Source: Chiloscyllium plagiosum
Lineage: Eukaryota
Reading direction: 5' to 3'
Assembly: GCF_004010195.1 (NCBI RefSeq)
Contig: NC_057719.1
Span: forward strand, 23,006,618-23,070,617
DNA length: 64,000 nucleotides
Shown here: in pieces, positions 13,387 through 25,939 of the stretch
How the letters are laid out: the number at the start of each line of letters is the position of its first letter
How positions within the stretch are numbered: the stretch's first letter is position 1
Notes under the pieces: generated by a model
What the model was told of the DNA's origin: nothing
Seen by the model: only the letters and a program-made list of their open reading frames with translations
Database searches by the model: none
Made by a program: the position numbers and the translations under genes

Positions 13387-13432
13387 GTTGCCATAGTAAC
13401 ACATCAAATTCGTCCTGCTGTTGCATAGAAAC
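13387..13432. promoter_or_regulatory. Pair of RFX X-box motifs
   Basis: GTTGCCATAGTAAC (13387-13400) fits the X-box consensus GTNRCC-N0-3-RGYAAC. GTTGCATAGAAAC (13420-13432) is a second, weaker match. Confidence 0.55.
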
Positions 13433-14699
13433 TGAGCAGAAAATAATACAGGAAGAGCAGAAAGGCAGGCCAAATTATCATCATAAAGCATTAACAAAAA
13501 CTGCAAGTAAAACTTCATCAAGAGACATTAAAAATATAAGAACACATCTGCCCTTTCAAAGAGTTCCTTTAAGCAGGTAACTATATAGTGGATTCTTATT
13601 ATAATTGGAAATCATTTATGTAAGGACCATATATATTTAAGCAAAATATAGTGAATGCTGGAAATCTGAAATTAAAAACTTGTTTCAACCTCATTAGTGA
13701 AGTACAGTGAAAGTGAATGTCATAATCAGACAAAATATCGACTATTGGTCAGGGAACAAGGTTGCCCTTGTTCCCTGAAGTATTGTGGATTGTTTGGGCT
13801 GAAATTAATCATTGTTTTTTCCACCTCAGAGCATTGAAACCAGTCAGCAGGTATAAAAAGACCCTCAACTCCTCTTTGAGTTGCAACATTATGAGAATCT
13901 TCACAGGTTGGAGATGAAATATTGCCCACGTTTACCAAACCAGAACAACATAAACTTCAGCAGACAGGAAATATCCAACCAGCTGCTGTTGAAAGGAGTT
14001 CCTTGTTGTCAGGGTAGAGGAGATGCAGTGAAGGATGCAGAACTGAATACAGGCCAAAACATTTATTTCTCCCTCTCTCAAAGTGGAAAAGCACCCAGTG
14101 ATAGCACAGATTGGGAACAGAAAACATGAGAGAACCAAGAATCAGCAATCTAACTATTATATTTGTTGCTGCTGCTGATGGTCCTAAAAGACAACTAAAC
14201 AACGGTGGTCTCAGGTTAAAGCCTTACTTCTGAATAACACCAAATTACTCAACTGTATTTTTTAAAAATCTTACTTTATACTGGACACAATTCCCTTGTA
14301 ATGTGTCTGCATGTCCTCAAGTGACTACACTGGAGGCCAAATGTTTGTTGCTTTGTCTTCATTAATTTGCTTTGACTAAGCATTAATAAAATTGCTCTTT
14401 TATAAGCACAATAAAACATATTTGTGCCCCCTTATCACTCACAGTAAAAATCAGAAAATTACATTTTAATTGAAAAAAGGTATAATCCACAGGAAAAAGA
14501 GCTTATGCCTTAAGGTGGCTGAAAACTTGGGAGCTGATTCACTCCTCATCTTGTTATAGCAACATGCTTGTGCAAATGCTAGTTTAATGATTTTCTTTGG
14601 TATTGAGACTAACTGGAAAAAGAACAGCTGTAAACTTCGAGTTGTGGATCACCAGGGTAATAGACCATTATGACCTCCTAAGCTTCGTCCTCCAGAATT

Positions 14700-16055
14700 G
14701 CAGCAAAATTGGATTTTAAAATCATATCAGATAGACTTTGGTCAGTGCTGTGGAGGTTTGTTATTTAAAAGGTCAGAAAGTCGTTTGGAACAACATGTGA
14801 CTTCAATCAAGTGCCTGGCAGGATGCCTGTGATGTTGCTGGGTGGACTAGTTATCCAGCTGAGTTTATAAACATACCACACGCCATTAATCTAACTTATA
14901 ACTTCAGTTCAGTTCAGCAGAATCAGGATTTAAGTTCAGAGGGAAGAATAGCTTCCTCCTAGCAAGAGAATCAAATTTTAGTTCAGAGGACTCAGCCATT
15001 CTAGCCAAAACGTTGATGGTTTATTCTGTTTCCAAGTGGCAAAGCTTATGCAGAGGTCTTCAAGGTGTTAGAACTGAGCAAGTTTAGGCCATCTGAATTA
15101 TAGAAGTTTCATATCAGTAGCCTTAGAAAGGAATTATGAAACTATTTCAGCAATCCAAGGAAAAAAAAACTGGGAAGAATCAGATAAAATGCAATGAGTT
15201 GAAGGAACAGTATCACTTCTATGGAATTGTGTATCTGTCAAAGGAATGGTGTTGGACAACAGGTTGAAACTTAGTTTAGCAGCTTGTGCTAAGATTTTCT
15301 AATTATCTTATCTCTGGTTAGGCCACTTTTGGAATATTGTATGGAGTTCTGGTCTCCCTCCTATCGGAAGGATGTTGTGAAACTTGAAATGGATCAGAAA
15401 AGATTTTCAAGGATGTTGCCGGGGTTGGACGGTTTGAGCTATAGGGAAGAGGCCTAATAGGCTGGCGCTGTTTTCCCTGGAGTGTCAGAGGCTGAGCGGT
15501 GATATTGGAGAGGTTTATAAAATCATGACTGGCATGGATAGGATAAATAGGCAAGGTCTTTTCCTGGGGGTAGGGGAGTCCAGAAGTAGAGGGCATAGGT
15601 TTAGGATAAGAGGGGGAAGATTTAAAAGGGACCAAAGGGGCAATCTTTTCATGCAAAGGGTGGTGCGTGTATGGAATGTGCTGCCAGAGGAAGTGGTGGA
15701 GACCAGTACAATTACAACCTTTAAAGACATCTGGATGGATATATAAATAGGAAGGTTTAGAGGGATGTTGGCCAAGTGCTGGCAAATGGGACTAAATTAA
15801 TCCAGGATATCCAGTTGGCATGAACGAGTTGGATTAAAGTATCTGTTTCCATGTTGTACATCTCTATGACTCTATGACACCTTTGTTTCTTGTGTAATTA
15901 ATTTTTGTCTGGTTGTTAAAGATCATCTGCCGCTCTGTGTGAAGGTGTTTCGGGGATGAAGCAACACAGTAACCAATTAGAAAACTTGATGTGAAACCAG
16001 GTTTTGATTCTGGGATCAGACTTGTCCAATATTCCCATCAGTCAGGATTCTGAAA
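14700..16055 (+). mobile_element. Possible solo LTR split by a CR1 insertion
   Basis: LTR-like composition and 3' part (tctgggatcagacttgtccaatattcccatcagtcaggat). Termini not defined. Confidence 0.3.
15317..15877 (+). mobile_element. CR1/HER1-type LINE 3' fragment
   Basis: ORF 15525-15746 (RGHRFRIRG, VWNVLPEEVVE) and a ctctatgactctatga tail. Confidence 0.92.
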
Positions 16056-16633
16056 ATATGTAAGTTGCCCTCTTGTTTGGGGAGCAATCTAATTAGAAAG
16101 AATCAGCAGGCGACAGCAAAACTTCAATCATAAAGAAGATAAAGGTAATTTTATTACAAAAATACTGTTGTCGCTATTCAAATACAAGGGTTAAAGTTAA
16201 GAGCTAAAAATGCACATACAAAGAATAGAAGTAGGTAAATATGAAAACACAAAGATGAAAGTAAAATCTGTCTCTAGCATCATTCAGACTTGTTGCTGCT
16301 TGAAGTTTTTCTTTTGTGAGTGAAGAGGTTGGTATTTGAAGTCAAATTCACTAGCTAGGTAAGTGCTAATGTTAATTTCAGGGAAACCATTGCAAATGAA
16401 TTTCTGTTTACTTTTGTGACTATTCTCACTAAATTGCAAATATCTTTTATGATGCTTCTTGCATTAAGGACAGTCAGGTAATTCCATGTGGCTGATCACA
16501 GTTAAATCCACAAGACAAGTCAAGTGTTTTTGACTCATTTACTTTAAGGCACCTTGTGTTCATTCAGGGAAATACTGTATTAGCTTTTTATATTTGCTGT
16601 ATTATCATGACTGCCTTCTTAATATCAAAAGTC

Positions 16634-16750
16634 AGGAAAGAATGGAAAGAAATAAGAAAGAAAAGAAGGAAAGAATTAAGAAGGAAAAGAAGAAAAAAGG
16701 AAAAGATAGGAAGGAAAGAAGGGATGATTGGAATGAGGAAAAAAGGGAGG
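16634..16750 (+). repeat. Polypurine (GAA/GGAA-rich) low-complexity tract
   Basis: Nearly pure A/G run. Confidence 0.9.
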
Positions 16751-17920
16751 TAGTAAAACTTTTAGTGTGAACGAAAGAAGACAATTAGACTTGACTCACC
16801 AAATAAAAGCACCAGAAGGTGTTGGAGAATTTTCACCAGCAGTGTTTACATAGGATACCCACAATCAAATAGGAAAGTGAACCAATTGCAGCATCCTCAC
16901 GAAACAGTTCCTCAATTAGTGCAATCCTGATAATGAAAAATCAGCTCCGCTAGACTGTAAGCTAATGCCAGAAAGTATTTCTCAAGCAATCTATTAATTT
17001 TTAAATGTGTTCAATGTTGTTTTTGAGGCAATATGCTCAATGTAAAGTTCCATAAATAGCAATGTAATCAAAATTAGTTGAGCAATTAATGCCCAATTAA
17101 GGACCTTTCCTTGCTGCTGCTGGTATTAATTGAATGTCAGGCAGGCCTGACATCATGTGAGGAGCATGACATGCAAAATTGTGCAGGGTTCTGGTCTCCT
17201 GGTGCTGTTCCATATCAATATTATTCAATGTCTGATTCAGGGTTTTAGCATGAGAAAAGTGGGGTGATGCCAAGAATCCAAATCCTTGCTAATAACCCCC
17301 ATTTATCCATTCCACAGACCCCCACCTTGCAAAATCTCTCCCATTATCAATAACCTCTGGTCTGCACCCCTCCGGATCTCAGAAAAGTGTATTTCTGACA
17401 GCAGCCACTAGGTAGTGCTGCTGAGCAAACTATCGGCTGGCAGTAATCAGTGAAAGGAATTCTTGACCCTAAAAAGTAGCACCAGTGAGAGGGCTGTGAC
17501 TACTACCACAAACTAACCAAGCTTTCAGGTTAGCTTCTTGATAGGTAAAGGGTTAAATGGATTTCTGAGACTAGCATTCTGCTGAGGATGACATGTCAGA
17601 AGCAAGTATAAGGAATTGGCTTCCGGTAGCCATAGTGCCTTTAGTGCAGATTGAGAGACAGAATCTATCCCTACTCCTAATATTTCTTCATACTGACAGT
17701 CTGTCAACATTGGCTTATGAGTTAGAAAGACCGACTCTCCCATACCTTCCCCGGAAATTGAGATAATTGCAGCCCATGCAAGGTGTGAATAATTTATTGA
17801 AGAGCCTCAAATGGCAGAAGGAAGGGAATTTGAAAATTTGGCCTTCCTGTCTGGAATTTAATTCAGTTTGTATCAGAAAGGTTCGGGTCTCCAACACCTC
17901 ACCTGATGAACAACAACACA

Positions 17921-18250
17921 GGTCTTTTCCCTGGGGTGGGGAGGCCAGAACTAAACGGCATAGGTTTAGGCTGAGACAGGAAAAATTTAAAAGAGATCCA
18001 AGGGGCAACCTTTTCACACAGTGGGTGGTACGTGTATGGAATGAGCTGCCCAAGGAAGTGGTGGAGGCTGGTACAATTTCAACATTTAAAAAGCGTCTGG
18101 ATGGGTATATGAATATGAAGGGTTTAGAGGGATATAGGCAAAGTGCTGGCAAATGGGGCTAGATTAAGTTAGGGTATTTGGTCGGCACGAACAAATTGGA
18201 CCAAAGGGTCTATTTCTATGCTGTACATCTCTCTGAATCTATGCCTCTAT
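17921..18250 (+). mobile_element. CR1/HER1-type LINE 3' fragment
   Basis: 3' half of ORF 17767-18162 (WNELPKEVVEAGTISTFKKRLD) plus tail. Confidence 0.9.
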
Positions 18251-18254
18251 AAAT

Positions 18255-18345
18255 TAAAATTGCTGGGAAAGCCCAACAGGTCTGGCAGCATCCATGGAGA
18301 GAAAACAGAGCTAACATTATGGATCCAGTGACTCTTCAGAATTCA
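18255..18345 (-). mobile_element. Penelope-like terminal fragment (family C)
   Basis: aaattgctgggaaagcccaacaggtctggcagcatcc ... ctaacatt ... tcttcagaa is homologous to 43365-43460. Confidence 0.7.
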
Positions 18346-19319
18346 TCTGATTAAGTTGCCTTCCTGTCTCCAGGTCTACCACTTCTGGGAACAGAAGATT
18401 CCAGCATTGAGCAACATTCATAATGTTAAGTCCCTTCAGAATCATATATATTTCATTAACATTACCTCCCACCCATCTACACTGTACCATTTATATGCCT
18501 AACCTGCTTATTATTTCCTCATAAAACAGACTCCTAATCTTTTCCCCACATCTCCACATCCCTCCCCTCAACTGATGAAAATAGTTCTTGCCCGAATGTC
18601 TCATGCTGTTACAATTTTAAACATCTCCATAAAATCCTAAAATCTCATCTCATAAAAGCAGTTTGTACTTTTATAAGTCTCAGACATATTTTTCAAGTAT
18701 GCTTAATTTCTCACACCAGGCAGCACATCAGTGAATCATTAGAATGCATAGGCTATTGCCTAATGATCTGAAATATCGTTCTAAATACAGAAGATAACAA
18801 TCCTGTCAACTCTTTTCTTTCAATAAAAATCTCTCTGGTATTTAGGTGATCTTAGTCTTATGTTTGAGCATTAAACAAGGAACAGTGCAGCAATGTGAAC
18901 AGCAATGTGCTTGTTGATCCTGGTCTGATCGCTCCTGGAAATACTAAGGAACATAATAGCAGGTCGTTGGAACATAGTAGCAGGCGGAGTGCATTCATTA
19001 AGACCAAGGCCAATCTGATCGTAGTCTTAACCCTACTTTCCTGCCTGACCTCTGTAAACTTTGACTTCCTTGTTGATTCTGTTGATACTGGTTGGTTAGA
19101 AATATTTACATTATTTGTACAACTTAATCTAACATTTCACTGCAGAGCCTTTCACTGATTAAGTAAAGGTCACAGGTCACATATTAGTGTATGGCATGTT
19201 ATGCAATGCATATCATTATATTTACACTCAGTTTGTCACCAACTTCCAGCGATGAATCCGCATTGCCAACAAAATTGAAAATGCCATAAACTGGGCATGC
19301 ACACATGCATATTCCTATC

Positions 19320-19420
19320 AGAACTGATGATGAAAGGTTCAACACTTGAAATGTGAACTCTGTTCCTCTCTCCATGAGAGCTGCCAGTCCTGCTGAGTGT
19401 TTCTGGCATTTTTTGTCTTA
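19320..19420 (+). mobile_element. Penelope-like terminal fragment (family C) with decayed hammerhead motif
   Basis: tgatgaaaggttcaacacttgaaatgtgaactctgttcctctctcc ... ctgctgagtgtttc. Confidence 0.65.
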
Positions 19421-19999
19421 ATACTAAAAGATGAATGCTTGTTGGTGTGGTCTGAGAGTCTGAGTTAATGTTTTGTGTGAGACTTTAATTATATCAACTG
19501 ACGTGGAATCACAAAGTTAATAGAGACTGACAAACAATACTGCACCTATTGGCTCATCTAGACTAACTCGTAATTGTGTTATCTCTGCATCACAGTATGT
19601 ATGCTCTCCACTGTATCTGATCCATGTGTTCTCTTGCGAGCGATGAGAAGCCATATGAGAATCCAGGATCATTTGGGAACAGAAATCTGTCTTCAAACCG
19701 ATCTAGATCTATAATGCTAGTTCTGGAGTTCACACTGACTAAATTATTCATCAAAAATGTTTGCCTTAGTGTAAGCAGTGTACATTTAAGAGATAAGTTC
19801 AGGATGTCACCACTGTATCATCGCATTTTGCCTGATTTCAGGCTCTCTCTTAACTGAAGTATGACGCATTGATGAAAATGATATTAGCCCAAACACTCCA
19901 AAACCATCATAACTTTTAAAAAGTATTTACTTCTGCACTTGTGAGGCAAAAGCATACAATGCTATGGGCCAAGTGTTGGAAAATGAGATTAGAATAGTT

Positions 20000-21880
20000 A
20001 TTTGATTTGATTTGATTTGATTTATTGTCACATGTACCTCAGTATAGTGAAAAGCTTTGTTTACGAGCAGTATAGGCAGATCATAGTAAGCAAGGACATG
20101 GTGGGCGGCACGGTGGCACAGTGGTTAGCACTGCTGCCTCACAGCGCCAGAGACCCGGGTTCAATTCCCGCTTCAGGAGACTGACTGACTGTGTGGAGTT
20201 TGCACATTCTCCCCGTGTCTGTGTGGGTTTTCTCCGGGTGCTCCGGTTTCCTCCCACAGTCCAAAGATGTGCAGGTCAGGTGAATTGGCCATGCTAAATT
20301 GCCAGTAGTGTTAGGTAAGGGGTAGATGTAGGGGTATGGGTGGGTTGCGCTTCGGCGGGTCGGTGTGGACTTGTTGGGCCGAAGGGCCTGTTTTCCACAC
20401 TGTAAGTAATCTAATCTAATCTACAGTTCAGAGGGTGAAAGTAAACTTGGACAGAGGTTTCCAGGTTATACTACACAGGGCGTGCACTAGGCAAGACAAC
20501 ATTAGCAAGATCAACATTATTTGAAGTTAAAGTGTCTATCCATCAGTCTAATAACAGCAGGGAAGAAACTGTTCTTGAACATGTGTGTGTGTGTGTGTTC
20601 AAGCGTCTATATCTTCTGCTTGATGGAAAAGGTTATAGAAGAGCATTACCAGGGCGGGATGGGTCTTTGATGATGTTGGCAGCCTTTCCGCAGCAACAAT
20701 AAGTGTAAATGGAGCCCATGGATGGGCAGTTGGCTTCTGTGATGGTCTGGGCTGTGCACACAACCTTCTGTAGTTTCTTATGGTCCTGAGCTGAGCAGTT
20801 GCTGTACCAGGCCAGTATGCACTTGATAGTATGCTATGGTGCATCTGTAAAAGTTGGTGGGGGTCCTTATGGCCAAACTTTCTGAGCCACCTGAGGAAGA
20901 AGAGGTATTATTGTCTTGAATCTACGTGCAAATTCCAGGACAGTTTGTTGGTTATCATCACTCCTAGGGACTAAATGCTCCTAAACCCTCTCCACCTCGG
21001 CTCCATTGACGAAGATGAGGCATGTTCTCCTCCTTTCTTTCTGAAGTCAATGATCAGTTCTTTCATTTTGCTGACATTGAGAGAGAGGTTGTTATCATTG
21101 CACCCCAATACTAAGCCCTCTATCTTCTTTCTGTATTCTGACACATCTTACCGTGGTGGTGTCATCAGCAAACATGTAGATGGTGTTCATTCAAAATTTA
21201 GCAACGCAGTCATGAGTGTACAGGGAGTACAGTAGAGGACTGAGGGTGCATCCTTGGGAGCTGCTCAGGGTTATTGTGGAGGAGGTGCAGTTATTTAATC
21301 TTCACTGATTGCGGTCTATAGGTCAGGAAGCTATGCATCCAGTTGCAGAGGGCGGAGCCGACACCTAGGTCTCGGTGTTTCGAGGTCAGTCTGGAGTGGT
21401 TATGGTGTTGAACGTGATGCTGTAGTCAATGAGCAGGAGTTTGACGTAGGTGTTCTTGTCCAGATGTTCCAGGGGTGAGTGCAGGTCTAGGGAAATGGTG
21501 TCCATTGTAGGCAAATTGTAGGGATTGAGGCAGGCTGGGAGACTAGAGTTGACATGGACCATTACCGGCCTCTTGAAGCACTTCATGATTATGGAGGTCA
21601 AACTCAGTGGGCGGTAGTCTTTATGGCACGTTGCATGTGTTTTCTTAGGTAATGGGATGATGGTAGTCTTCTTAAAGCAGGTGGGGTCTTTGACTTGTTG
21701 GAGGGAGGGATTGAAGATGTCAATGAATAGCTCCACCAGCGAATCTGCACTGGATCTAAGTGCTCAGTGAGGGACTCTGTCTGGACCCATTGCTTTCCTT
21801 GGCTTGATTCCCAGGAAGACCGATCTGACTTCTGCAGTGGTGACGGAGGGAACAGCTGTGTGAGGCTGTGGGGGCATGTG
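20000..21880 (-). mobile_element. Rex1/Babar-like non-LTR retrotransposon, 5'-truncated
   Basis: ORF 21386-21736 gives TCFKKTTIIPLPKK...DYRPLSLTSIIMKCF...LLIDYSITFNTI (RT domains). (ATTTG)n-ATTTATTGTCACA tail at ~20000-20030. Confidence 0.85.
20103..20423 (+). mobile_element. HE1-type SINE, full length and young
   Basis: Pol III A box TGGCACAGTGG (20114-20124), B box GGTTCAATTCC (20158-20168), LINE-like 3' end gaagggcctgtttt, (AATCT)n tail. CpGs retained. Confidence 0.95.
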
Positions 21881-21978
21881 ATACCACACCTCTGGCAGGT
21901 GGTTATTTTTGACCTACATGCACACGATTGGCAGAAAGGTCTTTTTCTGTGCTGTGGACATCCTATGACTCTGATACT

Positions 21979-22168
21979 GGATTAGTGGTGCTGGAAGAGC
22001 ACAGCAGTTCAGGCAGCATCCGAGGAGCAGTAAAATCGACATTTTGGGCAAAAGCCCTTCATCATACTGTATTTTACTGCTCCTCGGATGCTGCCTGAAC
22101 TGCGGTGCTCTTCCAGCACCACTAATCCAGAATCTGGTTTCCAGCATCTGCTGTCATTATTTTTACCT
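21979..22168. mobile_element. Penelope-like terminal fold-back insertion (family A, copy 2)
   Basis: ~60 bp inverted arms. 15-bp TSD tatgactctgatact at 21964-21978 and 22169-22183. Confidence 0.88.
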
Positions 22169-22904
22169 TATGACTCTGATACTCAAGTGCTGGTGACTAT
22201 AATATTTATATAAGTTAGGAGCCATAACAACAGTCTGTTGAATCTTTCAATACCATGTTACCGATATCTAGTTCTTATATTGTGGAAATTAACGTAAACA
22301 TTGCTGCATCAGGTATAAATGCCCTGCTAAAGGTAAATCACACATCACAGTTTTTAATGTCCATTCCCAGTATTATGTTCTTGTTTTATATAAAGGAGGT
22401 GAAATTTCTTTTGTTACTACCTCTTAGAAACACTACATAAGACATCGGAATGAATTTTCAGTGTTCCTTCTTTACAGTCACTATCTGGGAAGACTTAAAC
22501 TTGCTGTGATTATGTAAGGCCTTGGTGAGACCAGATCTGGGGTGTATTCCTGTGTTGGCAGAACTGATGTATGAAGAGAGAATAGATCAGTTGGAATTTT
22601 ATTCACTGGAGTTTAGAAGAGTGAGGGAAATCTCAGAGAAGCCCATAAAATTCTAACAGAACTAGACAGGGTAAAGACAGGAAGGATGTTCATGATGACT
22701 TGTGGGGTGCAGAACCGGACTGTCACAGTTTAAAGATATGGAGTAGGAATGAGATGAGGGGAAATTTCTTCACTCAGAAGTTGTTAACCCTGTGGAACTC
22801 ATTGCCACACAAAGTGGTTGAAGCCAAGACATTAAATGTTTTCAAGAAGATGATAGATATAGTTCTGAAGGTTAAGAGAATCAAAGTCTACAGGTAGAAA
22901 TGAT

Positions 22905-23030
22905 GTGGATGTGCTGGTGTTGGACTGGGGTGGACCAAGTTAAAAATCACACAACACCAGGTTACAGTCCAACAGGTTTGTTTGGAAGTACAAGCTTTTG
23001 GAACACTGCTCCTTCATCAGACAGCTAGCC
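22905..23030 (-). mobile_element. Penelope-like terminal fragment (family B), left arm
   Basis: Minus strand reads CTGATGA-A-GGAGC-AGT-GTTCC-AAAA-GCTT (23020-22992), a decayed hammerhead, then gtacttccaaacaaacctgttggactgtaacctggtgttgtgtgatttttaact. Confidence 0.78.
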
Positions 23031-23465
23031 TCCCTATCTCTATAACCTCTATCTATCCCTCAAAGCTCCACTATCACTGAAAGACCCACTGCACTCACAG
23101 CAAGGAAGATGGAATGAAGTGAACAGATATGACCAAGCTGTCATTATGGAGATGTGACTGCAGAATGACCACAAGTGGTGAGTGAATATTCAAGGGTTGT
23201 CGGGATTTAGGCAGGATAGGCAAAAGCTAAACAAGATCAAATTATATTGCGAAGGAAGGATGCAGTCAGTGCATTAGTGAGACAACCAATTAAATCTAGA
23301 CTTCAAAATTCAGATTCTATTTGGGTGGAGCTGAGGAACAGTAAGGGGCAGCAATCATTTGCAGAAATTCATTTCTCAGCACCAGTGATGGTAATGTAAA
23401 TGTGGTAACAGTCAGGAAATTGAATGTACTTGTATCAAGGGCAATACAGTAACTGTGTGTGATAG

Positions 23466-23555
23466 TAGCTACCTGACAAAGGAGCAGCTCTCCAAAACGT
23501 GTACTTCCAAATAAACCTGTTGGACTATAACCTGGTGTCGTGTGATTTTTAACTC
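23466..23555 (+). mobile_element. Penelope-like terminal fragment (family B), right arm
   Basis: cctgacaaaggagcagctctccaaaacgtgtacttccaaataaacctgttggactataacctggtgtcgtgtgatttttaact is an inverted copy of 22938-23028. Confidence 0.78.
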
Positions 23556-25939
23556 TCTTGGTAGTAAGTAGAAACAGGTTACGGAGTTGGATAATCAGCC
23601 ATGATCATATTAAATAGCAGGGTAGGCTCAAATGATTGAAAGGCCTGATCCTATATTCTATGTCTCTATACTTCTAAACTTGCTGATGTAGTTTCCGTTT
23701 TTTTTGAATGAATATTGCAATGTGCAATTTAAGCTTCCACTGTTGTCAAAGCAAAATGTGCCGATACGAAAATTATAAAATGTAATGAAAATGAAACAGC
23801 TGGGTTAATATTTCAACTTTATTCAATGTTATCTAATTTAATTTTAACCAAAGCTGTCTAATTTCACAAATTGATTTATATGGATAATCAGTGCACATTA
23901 AACTCAAAATGCTGTGGTCAGAATAAAAAGATGAAGTCACTCATTCAATGGTGTAATTCATCACAGTTGCCTCTCGGTCATTTTGCGGTCATGTCCAAAT
24001 TCCGAATCAACTTAAGCCTTCAATTATCTATAGGAAAGAGAATCATTTGAAAGCAGAATTGAACATATCATATTTCTAAGAGTAATATGCTCCTTTAAGG
24101 ACTGGAAAGCCATATTCTATTGTAATAAGTTGGCATGAACAGCAACAATCAAGGCACGTCAAATAAGCATTCTCGGGCAGATTCACTCGAGGGTCTGAAT
24201 CATGTAGGCTGTGGTGATATTTGTGGCAAAATCAGATGACTATTCTAGTGAGGTCTATCTCAATATCAGGAGTATTTTGCTACAACCTTTGCCTTTTTGA
24301 TAAGTGGTCTGATTACGTTCTCCCAATGTAACATGAGTTGCCAATTGTTGGCGAATAAAGCTTGTTTGAGCATCATTGTTGACCAAATTTGTCCTATTGA
24401 TATTCAAGTTATTACCTCACCAACTCACTGAACAAGTTAGACATCAAGAAAGCTCAATGTGGAAATCAGGGCAGGTAGTTGGCAGATTCAGCTCGCTACT
24501 TTCGCTGAACGACCTTCATGTTGGACATCAGGCATCAACATTTCAGGGCACACTTTGTGGACACCATACACACATACTCCACATCCACCAACATTGGCAT
24601 CTGACATGTGCCAGCCTCTATGGACCCCTCATGGCACATCTCCAATCCACATACAGGATGCTTCTGCCAATCAATGTGGCACCAGCAATTATCCTTGTAA
24701 TATAGCAGCTGGGACACTTGGCGAAATGCACCTAGTTTATGGGCAGGAGCAGGCTGTATCTCTGACCTGTGTTCAGATGCTGTCTTAGTGCATGTTCACA
24801 CTGAACCTCCCTGGATCATCACAGCATCTCTGCCTTGCAATGCCTTGCTTTGTCTTTTTGTATATTGCCCCCTCAGTTAGAGATATGAACCTCATTTCAC
24901 TTCTGAATTGCCTTACTGTTTAGCACAGACACAAATCCTGGAAGCTGGTTATGGTTGTCAGCAGGCCTCAGTAAAAGTAAATAGTCTTTGGTCAAGGACT
25001 TCCAGTTTAGCAAGTTTAGAGCAACCTCTGATACCAGTCCAGGGTCGTGGACACTGTCTTTTAGAGGCTCAGAGCGATCAGAGTCAGGACATTCTCCGCA
25101 GAAGAAGTGAGGAACTGAATGTCAGATTGCCCAGCACCCATGCTGAGCCTTTCTGCCCAATTGGAGGTTGTTTTCCTCCCGGAATAATAGAGGCTGGTTT
25201 TACAGGTGATGGTGGTCCTTGATTTAGTTCTTACCGCTGTGCAGATGGGGAGGAATCCTGAGTGAGTGATCAGGGAGACAAAAGGGTTGGTCATGTCCAA
25301 CTTGAAGTGACTAACAGTGAATTCTGTTATCAACACTAATGTGGTGTTGCTTCCAGTGAAAATCTAAATCTGACCAGCTCAAAACCACCATGCTCCAGTC
25401 GACACCAGTATATGTCAATCTGGTTACTTATAGGTTTCCTACTGGACCATTCAGGTTTCTCCCTTTGGAATAATCCCACTCAGTTTCAAGAATGTAAACT
25501 AACATCCCTCCCTTCCCCCTGCCCCAAGTCCCCTCAGTCCAATCATTCTAGGAGCTTCCTGAATTGAATTAATCCATTTTGAGCTGTTGATAGGTTATGT
25601 ACCTTGTCAGATAAATAAAATAAATACATCGATCCTAACCATTCTGGAGATAAACAACTTCCAATATAAAACTTCAGATGATAAGACTTCCAATGCCACC
25701 AGCTCCCAAAGCATATGACTTATGTAGCTGGCATTTAGTAAGAATGGCCCACTGGCTTACTTATTTTTCATTCAGTCTTTGTGGTTGCTAGATTTAATGA
25801 ATTCCAGCAGAACTTCTTTTGGATTGAGCCTGCAGCAGAAGACCCTTGGTTTGGGAGCTGCTGCTAGTATCGCACTCAAACAAAATTGAAGTGATGGTTA
25901 AGCACTGCTCACAGTTGCAAAAGGATTAGTGAACGAATG

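Larger units (their letters stand above)
22505..23670 (+). mobile_element. CR1-like LINE 3' fragment, interrupted at ~22900-23560
   Basis: ORF 22700-22897 (NFFTQKLLTLWNSLPHKVVEA). The 3' UTR resumes at ~23580. Confidence 0.8.

Noticed and set aside
13830..13850. Possible 21-nt plus-strand micro-exon (SIETSQQ)
   Set aside because: Weak donor (GTATAA), no partner exons, and such matches are expected by chance.
13881..14129. 82-aa ORF near the X-boxes
   Set aside because: Starts at a non-ATG codon, has no recognisable domain and has no convincing splice boundaries.
16556..16753. ORF with a hydrophobic N-terminus and K/R-rich tail
   Set aside because: The basic tail is simply the translation of a polypurine low-complexity tract.
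16800..16926. Minus-strand exon-like segment with tttttcattatcag acceptor and GTGAGT donor
   Set aside because: All three frames contain stops; a non-coding exon cannot be supported without RNA data.
20103..20175. tRNA gene (A and B boxes present)
   Set aside because: It is the tRNA-derived head of an HE1 SINE and continues into the SINE body and tail; the same applies to the other copies.
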